Below are positions 28,367 to 34,947 of a stretch of DNA of 64,000 nt, piece after piece. Both the position numbers and the translations under genes were made by a program. The DNA lies in IMG/VR virus record IMGVR_UViG_3300029554_000001. One strand, written 5' to 3'. This DNA comes from a virus. Position 1 is the first letter of the stretch. Each line of letters begins with the position of its first letter. The notes below the pieces were generated by a model, which was given only the letters and a program-made list of their open reading frames with translations, had not been told where the DNA came from and did no database searches.

Positions 28367-28522
28367 TTAGTCTAAGTCTAACTTAGATATATCTATCTGG
28401 AAGAATTCAATCAGCTATTCAACACTTAGGTGTTGCATGTACCAATTAAATTCAAACTCAGAAGTGATATACTACTTCAGAATAGAACCAATCTTTGCTT
28501 TATTACTAAGACTATCCTACAT
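28367..28522 (-). CDS. mini-ORF E, 51 aa with four TAG codons: M-Q(TAG)-DSLSNKAKIGSILK-Q-YITSEFEFNWYMQHLSVE-Q-LIEFFQIDISKLDLD
   Basis: AAAGGAGG SD then ATG-TAG; hydrophilic and unlike the other nine; open only if TAG is read. Confidence 0.4.
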
Positions 28523-28663
28523 GAATTCCTCCTTTCTTTTAACTCGTTAGTGTTGTGACTAACTTGTTATTCGTTATCTTATTGGTCAGATAAGATAGAG
28601 TCTTAGCTGCAACTAAGCACTCTATGAAGGGTAGGAGCATATGTTCCTACCCTTTAACAATGC

Positions 28664-29005
28664 TTAGATGTTATCCCACTGATTAGTGATGAAATTAAAG
28701 CATCGAACAGTTCCACCAATCTTTTTCTCCCAGCGGGGGTTGTTTTTGTTCAATGTATAAGTGGCAAGGCGACTTTTAGCAGCCGTGACAATAATATCAT
28801 ACTGACCGAGTTCCTGAAGAGACTTGATATAGTTCATGAGTTTGACATCATTTTCAAATTCGATGTCAATTGTTCTGGAAGCACTGACAATATCAGTGCA
28901 ATGGTCATCCACACCTTCAGGTTTCCACCCCTGTTCAAAGTGGCTGATAATAGAATCAATATCATAGATGCAGATGCGTTTAACAAACTTAACAGTGTAA
29001 TTCAT
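28664..29005 (-). CDS. hypothetical protein
   Basis: ORF track; AAAGGAAAA SD. Confidence 0.65.
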   Translation of the reverse strand: MNYTVKFVKRICIYDIDSIISHFEQGWKPEGVDDHCTDIVSASRTIDIEFENDVKLMNYIKSLQELGQYDIIVTAAKSRLATYTLNKNNPRWEKKIGGTVRCFNFITNQWDNI

Positions 29006-29034
29006 TTCTTTTTTCCTTTCTGTTTATAAAAGTC

Positions 29035-29063
29035 TTGACAAGCACAATTTCATGTGTTATACT
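29035..29063 (+). promoter_or_regulatory. consensus promoter TTGACA-17-TATACT pointing against the leftward block (cassette F)
   Basis: TTGACA 29035-29040, TGT-TATACT 29058-29063, followed by hairpin 29073-29104; possible end at hairpin GGAGAGAT/ATCTCTCC plus T-rich tail near 29257-29290. Confidence 0.55.
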
Positions 29064-29122
29064 TGTTATTAGAATAAGAGAAGTGCCTACACACCTCTCT
29101 TATTAATAAGCTTTTATTCTTC

Positions 29123-29197
29123 TTAGAAATTATAGTTCTTTAGAATTACAACTACAACGACGTTTAAAGAATAATTGACTGAAATAATCTTCTTCAT
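29123..29197 (-). CDS. mini-ORF F, 24 aa, the only copy without TAG: MKKIISVNYSLNVVVVVILKNYNF
   Basis: AAGGAGG SD; codon 2 is AAG; differs from G2 and H mostly at third codon positions. Confidence 0.65.
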   Translation of the reverse strand: MKKIISVNYSLNVVVVVILKNYNF

Positions 29198-29326
29198 TGT
29201 TTTACCTCCTTAAGAAGATAAAAGCAAACAAGGATGTAGGTCCTTATTCACTACAGAGGAGAGATGTGGGGATATCTCTCCTTCTGTTATATTTGAGTAG
29301 TTTAACGACTTGCTCAGGTCGAGAGG

Positions 29327-29734
29327 TTAGTTCTGATAATCGTCAGAAACTAATACCCATTCTTCCCCATTACTATCAATAAGATGAATGGTTGTTCTAT
29401 CCTCACTGATAGTTACATTCTGAAGATTAGAGAACCAATCCTCAGTTGTTGTGTAGCTATCCTCAACTCCTTTGTTATAACCAGCGTTATATGCACCAGT
29501 TACGTCTTCGTTAGTGAAGACTTCTGCTGGTGCACTTTTACTGTAATCAATATGGTCAAGAATAACAGCGATTCCAATCGCAAGGACAACTACCAGAATA
29601 AACATAGCTCTGGGATTCATGCTCTTATTTTGAGCTATTGCTTCAAGATTAATAACAAGACCGTACACAATCATGATAGCAACAATAGCAATAGCAACAA
29701 TGGTAACATTGGTAATATTGATAAACATCTTCAT
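29327..29734 (-). CDS. membrane protein (two TM helices)
   Basis: ORF track; the SD spacing fits the second ATG (29728) better; NITNVTIVAIAIVAIMIVYGLVI and MFILVVVLAIGIAVIL. Confidence 0.65.
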   Translation of the reverse strand: MKMFINITNVTIVAIAIVAIMIVYGLVINLEAIAQNKSMNPRAMFILVVVLAIGIAVILDHIDYSKSAPAEVFTNEDVTGAYNAGYNKGVEDSYTTTEDWFSNLQNVTISEDRTTIHLIDSNGEEWVLVSDDYQN

Positions 29735-29762
29735 TTCCTTTCTGGTTTTTTACGTCTTTTCC

Positions 29763-29791
29763 TTGACAAACAATTATTTATGTGTTATTAT
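29763..29791 (+). promoter_or_regulatory. consensus promoter TTGACA-17-TATTAT pointing against the leftward block (cassette G)
   Basis: TTGACA 29763-29768, TGT-TATTAT 29786-29791, followed by hairpin 29802-29819. Confidence 0.55.
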
Positions 29792-29837
29792 AATGATGAG
29801 AAGGTTGCCTACACAACCTCCTTAATGCATAATTATC

Positions 29838-29912
29838 TTAGAAGTTGTGATTCTTCAAGATAATCATACTAACTATGCCGAGAACATAGTCAATAAATGT
29901 TATTTTCTACAT
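29838..29912 (-). CDS. mini-ORF G1, 24 aa: M-Q(TAG)-KITFIDYVLGIVSMIILKNHNF
   Basis: AAGGTGA SD then ATG-TAG; stop TAA. Confidence 0.6.
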
Positions 29913-30056
29913 TTTATCACCTTTTCATAATTTAATACTTAATTATAAATTATGTAGGTAATCTATAATTAAGCAGACTGCTTATTGCGACTAAGCACTC
30001 TATAAGATAGAGGAAGATACTCTTATCTTCCTCTACCCTAACAATGCTTATTATGC

Positions 30057-30131
30057 TCAGAAGTTATAATTCTTCAGTATGGCAACTGTTACAACATTAA
30101 GAGCATAATTTACGGAAATCGTTTTCTACAT
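30057..30131 (-). CDS. mini-ORF G2, 24 aa: M-Q(TAG)-KTISVNYALNVVTVAILKNYNF
   Basis: AAAGGAGG SD then ATG-TAG; stop TGA. Confidence 0.6.
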
Positions 30132-30219
30132 GATGATTTCCTCCTTTCCGAGTGCGATTTGGATTACTAAGCACTCTATTAAGCCCACCATCAATTACGA
30201 TGATGGGCTTTAACAATGC

Positions 30220-30390
30220 TCAGATAGGGATACAAATAACATATCCATCATCCAAGAATCGGGGATAAAGCTTATTCTTATTGAGAAGCTTATCTCCAAT
30301 CTCTTTTGCTTCCTCCTCATTAGAGGCAGACACGAATACTGTATCACAACCACTAATGATGGAAGTGATATATTTGACTTTGTATGTCAT
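30220..30390 (-). CDS. hypothetical 56-aa protein (below the ORF-track cutoff)
   Basis: ATG 30390 follows AAAGGAATAAAAG; MTYKVKYITSIISGCDTVFVSASNEEEAKEIGDKLL...; stop TGA. Confidence 0.55.
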   Translation of the reverse strand: MTYKVKYITSIISGCDTVFVSASNEEEAKEIGDKLLNKNKLYPRFLDDGYVICIPI

Positions 30391-30417
30391 TTTCTTTTAT
30401 TCCTTTCTATAAAAGTC

Positions 30418-30446
30418 TTGACAAATACAACTTTATATGTTATACT
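30418..30446 (+). promoter_or_regulatory. consensus promoter TTGACA-17-TATACT pointing against the leftward block (cassette H)
   Basis: TTGACA 30418-30423, TGT-TATACT 30441-30446, hairpin 30457-30486; candidate end at GGGACACTT/GAAGTGTCCC plus TTTTGCTTTGTTT (30650-30686). Confidence 0.6.
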
Positions 30447-30509
30447 TGTTGTTGTAGTAAGAAAGATGCCTATACACCTTTCTTACAAAAAGAGTGATTA
30501 TTAACCTTA

Positions 30510-30584
30510 TCAGAAGTTATAATTCTTTAGGACGAGAATCGTAACAACATTTAAAGTATAATCTATTGTAATTATCTTCTACAT
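30510..30584 (-). CDS. mini-ORF H, 24 aa: M-Q(TAG)-KIITIDYTLNVVTILVLKNYNF
   Basis: AGGAGG SD then ATG-TAG; stop TGA. Confidence 0.6.
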
Positions 30585-30739
30585 TTATTACCTCCTGAAG
30601 ATTGATAGAAGTACTTATCAATATAGGTTAATAAGCACTACAAAACATTGGGACACTTGTTCGGAAGTGTCCCTTTTGCTTTGTTTGGAGAAAGGCTATT
30701 TGTTTATACTCGTTAACCTTCCAGAACGAGTTGGATGAG

Positions 30740-30880
30740 TTAAATGTGGCGAATGTACCACATGAAACCCTTCTTACCTCCTGTGCATCTGTAGATGATG
30801 TACATGGAAGTAAGGCTGATAACACCAGCGATAGCAATGATACTACCAATGATGCTAACAATGAAGATAGCTTCCATCAT
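30740..30880 (-). CDS. small single-TM membrane protein (46 aa)
   Basis: ORF track frame; ATG 30880 follows AAAGGAGG; MMEAIFIVSIIGSIIAIAGVISLTSMYIIYRCTGGKKG... Confidence 0.55.
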   Translation of the reverse strand: MMEAIFIVSIIGSIIAIAGVISLTSMYIIYRCTGGKKGFMWYIRHI

Positions 30881-31003
30881 GTTCTTTCTACCTCCTTTCA
30901 TGATGGACTGCTGACTTTGGTTTCCCATCATCAGTGCCGTAGTAACCAACTACGACAGACAAGAGAGATTATTAGTCTCTCTTGTTTCGGGGTTGTGGAG
31001 AGG

Positions 31004-31327
31004 TTATTCCTTAACAGGAATAAGACCTCCTTCGATGGTGTAATAGGCGTACTCCTTGTCACCATCCTTATCAATATTGACAAGGTAGCGGACACGGGTA
31101 ACAACATCGTTGTCAGCCCACACACGGAATTCTTCCACGGAAGAGCAATCGTCTTCCACGCAGATTTCCACGTCAACGTAACCCTTGCGAGTAACATTGT
31201 TGTTGATGCGAACAGTGATTTCATCCACAGAATAGCCACCAATCGCTTCATCAGCGAAAGTGATGTCCATGTTGTTGAGGATGTTGGCGATAACACCAAA
31301 AATATTAAGAACGAGACGGTTTTCCAT
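31004..31327 (-). CDS. hypothetical protein
   Basis: ORF track; GAAAGG SD; coding-like composition. The overlapping track ORFs 30731..31351(+) and 30931..31299(-) are frame shadows. Confidence 0.65.
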   Translation of the reverse strand: MENRLVLNIFGVIANILNNMDITFADEAIGGYSVDEITVRINNNVTRKGYVDVEICVEDDCSSVEEFRVWADNDVVTRVRYLVNIDKDGDKEYAYYTIEGGLIPVKE

Positions 31328-31351
31328 AATTTGCTACCTTTCTGGTTTTAA

Positions 31352-31797
31352 CGTCTTATAACCTGACGAAATTATTGAGATTTATTAATTTCTTAACCAT
31401 TGAAAAAATGACCAAGAGATTAATTTTGAATGTTTGTGTAAATTAATTCTTAACTCTTCAGGATGAGAAGAAGCAAGGATTAATTTACACTGATGATTGA
31501 CTATTTATTCGAATGAGAACAAACAGTCAATATGCAAACCAAATGTACAAATGAATACACTTGAATTTACATTTACCTCTTAAGAAAGATTTAAGAAGTA
31601 CATAAAATCAGTTGGAAGTAGAGGTAGAAATAAAAAATTAAAAAAATTTTTCAAAAAATAAAAAAATTAAAAATTAAAAAAAATAAAAAAATTAAAAATC
31701 CCCACCCCGACAAAAAAAGGATAGAAGCTATCACAGCCTCTATCCTTAAAATATATTCAATTATATTATTCAATTACATTATTCAATTACACCCTAC
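31352..31797. other. 446-bp AT-rich non-coding region with A-tracts and short repeats
   Basis: A/T low-complexity run 31620-31700; AAAAATCCCCACCCC at about 31696; 13-bp unit TATTCAATTA[CT]A[CT] x3 at 31754-31792; TTAATT(T)CTTAAC twice near 31380 and 31443. Confidence 0.6.
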
Positions 31798-32190
31798 TTA
31801 CACATGCCCATCACTTATAACCCCAAGTAAATCATTCCAAAATGCCGATTCCCATTTTTTACTTCCGACATCCTTTTTACTCAATCCAATGCCATTTCTC
31901 TTGTTCGCAACATAATCTTTCATTACTCTCATTATTTTTTCGTTAATAACAAGACTTACTTTATCATTCCATAAAAATCCTTTGTATCTCTTACCTTTGT
32001 TTCTATAATCCATTTTTCCATATTTTTCAAGTTTAAAACCATGCATCTTTTTCCAGTTATTGCTACAAAATAATAAAGCTTCATCATCAGTAATCTTATC
32101 ATTTTGATAAGCAATACTCAACAAACGAACAAAAGGTCTATTATCATCTCTGGCTTTAATCTCAAAATACCTCTTAATAATATTATTCAT
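31798..32190 (-). CDS. hypothetical protein
   Basis: ORF track; weak SD. Confidence 0.55.
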   Translation of the reverse strand: MNNIIKRYFEIKARDDNRPFVRLLSIAYQNDKITDDEALLFCSNNWKKMHGFKLEKYGKMDYRNKGKRYKGFLWNDKVSLVINEKIMRVMKDYVANKRNGIGLSKKDVGSKKWESAFWNDLLGVISDGHV

Positions 32191-32345
32191 AATTTTTTAT
32201 ACCTTGTTTTCATTTTATAAACAATTTATCTATAATTTCTTTCTGAATTCAATTCTTTATTTTGCCTATCAAATTACCTATCTTAATTATCCAAATTAAA
32301 ATTAGTAAAACAAATATAAACAAATTATTTATAAATTAGCCCAAA

Positions 32346-32555
32346 TTATTCTTCAGGCATTCTATATACATCATTGTCTCCATCAGTAATAATAACAGGA
32401 CAGTCAACCCAATCCATAGTGCCATCACCATTATTTTTATAGCATTTAACATTTACATTCTTAATATCATTAGCGTCTTTAGTACTATTAATATTACCAT
32501 CAATTTTATTAGAAATATCATTCATACCAAGATTATTCTTTTCTTTCCCGCTCAA
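32346..32555 (-). CDS. hypothetical protein (start uncertain)
   Basis: ORF track; TTG start with no clear SD; internal ATG at about 32525. Confidence 0.4.
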   Translation of the reverse strand: MSGKEKNNLGMNDISNKIDGNINSTKDANDIKNVNVKCYKNNGDGTMDWVDCPVIITDGDNDVYRMPEE

Positions 32556-32558
32556 AAT

Positions 32559-33173
32559 CTAACTATTCTTACTCCATTGATTCTTAATCCAATGACCTTC
32601 ACTAATAATATTCTGAGCAAACTTGAAACTACGAATCATACACAAATGTTCAGTAATTCTTGTAGAAAGACATTTGCAATTAAAACGAAAATCGTATTCC
32701 AAAATTAAATCTTCAATACAGTGTAAATTGGCAAAATCATATTCTTCGTTTTCAAAAGAAGCTATAATCTTATTAGCTTTACTCTTATAAATTTCATAAT
32801 CTTTCCAGAAGAACTGAAAATTTTCATCAATATCTTCCCATGTGACATAACAATCTTCTTCAACACCCAAAATTTTCTTACCATCAAAGACAGCTACATC
32901 ATTTTCGTGTTCCCTCTTATAACAATCCCATCCAATTCGAATTTCACGAACAGCTTCCAATTTATCACCTTGGTATTTTTCATTCAGATAACCAGCATCT
33001 TGAATATGTTTATCATTTTTAAGATAAACTTTTGCCTGATGAATGATACAATCAAAATCTACACAAAGATTATATCCAATTTCCAAAGCTCTATAAATAT
33101 CTTCCTGAATAGAAATTAATTTATCAAGTTTTTGACATTGCTTAATAACGTAATGCTTTTTAATAATGTTCAT
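32559..33173 (-). CDS. hypothetical protein
   Basis: ORF track; GAAGG SD. Confidence 0.6.
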   Translation of the reverse strand: MNIIKKHYVIKQCQKLDKLISIQEDIYRALEIGYNLCVDFDCIIHQAKVYLKNDKHIQDAGYLNEKYQGDKLEAVREIRIGWDCYKREHENDVAVFDGKKILGVEEDCYVTWEDIDENFQFFWKDYEIYKSKANKIIASFENEEYDFANLHCIEDLILEYDFRFNCKCLSTRITEHLCMIRSFKFAQNIISEGHWIKNQWSKNS

Positions 33174-33175
33174 TA

Positions 33176-33994
33176 TTACATACCTTCTTCATCACAGTCA
33201 CAACTATCATCATCACTGCATTCATTATTCTTGTACAGCTTAAAACTATCAAAGATATGGTAAATTCTGGCATAATCTCCACCATAGGTATTATCCAAGT
33301 TAAGATTTTCCAACATTTTTTCAAGCGTATCACAAGTAGCATCAATTAATCTAAGCATAGCTAAAGTACAGTTACCATGAATTTCGTTTACAAAGATATC
33401 GGTATAATAAACCTTCTTACCTACTTCTCTGTCATAATTTCCCCAAATATTAGCTGAAATAGTTACATTTTCATTGTGATTCATAAGATTACTTTTAAAA
33501 TTAATAGTAATTGTTGCTTCACGATTAGTTTCACTTTTAGAAGTAAATTTGATATCACAGTAATCCAGAATCAAATGTAATTCTTTTACCCAACAATGTT
33601 CATACAACATGTTAAGATTAGGATATTGTTTTTTCATTTGTTCACAAGTCATTTTATGAAAAGAAATAACTTTTTCTTTATTTTCTTCAATCATATTTTC
33701 AGTCTCACTTTCGATTTTTTTAGATTTCCAATCAAGCTCCCCACAAGAAACCCAATTTTCATATTGCCAATCAATATCACTTATCCAAATGAATTTATAA
33801 TATTTTCCATTATCATCATTTTTAACAACAGCAATATCGCCATTCTCTAATTCATTAGTAGGAATATTATCTAATTGTTTTACATCATGCAATCCATAAT
33901 AATATTTAATTTTTTTGCCAAAGTTGCTTTTTTCAGACATAACTAAATAAGGTTTACCATTAGCTTCGTATTTAGTTTTATTTTCATTTTTCAT
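33176..33994 (-). CDS. hypothetical protein
   Basis: ORF track; AGAGGA SD. Confidence 0.6.
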   Translation of the reverse strand: MKNENKTKYEANGKPYLVMSEKSNFGKKIKYYYGLHDVKQLDNIPTNELENGDIAVVKNDDNGKYYKFIWISDIDWQYENWVSCGELDWKSKKIESETENMIEENKEKVISFHKMTCEQMKKQYPNLNMLYEHCWVKELHLILDYCDIKFTSKSETNREATITINFKSNLMNHNENVTISANIWGNYDREVGKKVYYTDIFVNEIHGNCTLAMLRLIDATCDTLEKMLENLNLDNTYGGDYARIYHIFDSFKLYKNNECSDDDSCDCDEEGM

Positions 33995-34561
33995 CGGAAT
34001 AAATCCTCTTTACATATAAAATTATTATAAACTTCTTTTGTCAAATCAACTTTTGTTCCATTATTGTCAATAACGTAATCATAAGTAATTCCTGATTTAC
34101 TTACACCATCATCAGCATGATTACCATATTTACTATTTTCATTTAAAACTTTTCTATTGATTTTAATTGTTTTACAATAAATTCCTTTTTTTACAACAAT
34201 ATTCTTTAATCCATGTAATATCTTTATCTTCTCTTGCATGTAAAAACAAAATTTTTCTACCAAAGGTGGTATAATTGTATAATACTGCTTCAATTTTTTC
34301 TTTGAGATATTTATAAGTTACATTATCCCAATAATCAAGCATATCTTTTAATTCACAAAGGAATCGTCTATCCATAGGTCGTTTAGTTTCTTCATCCCAA
34401 CCCATTAAAGAAGCCCACTTTTTAGCAGGAGCAGAAGTATAGTAGTTATGGACTAAACAATGAGGGTCAAAATTATCCATAGCTGTCCAAACTAAATTAC
34501 AAAAAGTGTCTTTACCAGACCCTCCAGAACCATTTATAATATAAACTTTAAAATAAGACAT
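33991..34561 (-). CDS. P-loop dNMP-kinase-like protein, reading frame broken at an A7 run
   Basis: ATG 34561 follows AAGGAG; Walker A NGSGGSGKDT; frame 1 stops at 34172, but the +1 frame (ORF 33991..34293) carries the expected C-terminus NHADDG...YDYVIDNNGT; the frames meet at AAAAAAA (34186-34192). Confidence 0.55.
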
Positions 34562-34608
34562 AATTTTTCTCCTTGTAAAATCCACAGATAAAATTTTTAA
34601 GTTGTTAT

Positions 34609-34947
34609 TTATAATGGAAACACCCAATCTTTCGTTAAATGTTTAAGAAAATCTTGTTTTATTATGTTAGAAATAAAATAAGCAATTGTTTTCCAAGCTG
34701 GTTGACTAAGACTATAAACGCAAGGAACAAATAATTCTTCATAAATAAATGATTCATCTAAATGTTCGTGAAAAATCAAATCATTAAGAGTAGGAATCTT
34801 AAAAACAAAAGTAAATCCATCTCCTCTTGTCCAATTACAGTCAATTAAATTGTTAAAACAAAAAAAGGAAGAATCAGAATAATCTTGACTAATATCCTGA
34901 GTTAATTTATCAAAAAGTTCTTCACAAAAATCTAAATAATTCATCAT
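34609..34947 (-). CDS. hypothetical protein
   Basis: ORF track; ATGA overlap with the upstream gene. Confidence 0.55.
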   Translation of the reverse strand: MMNYLDFCEELFDKLTQDISQDYSDSSFFCFNNLIDCNWTRGDGFTFVFKIPTLNDLIFHEHLDESFIYEELFVPCVYSLSQPAWKTIAYFISNIIKQDFLKHLTKDWVFPL

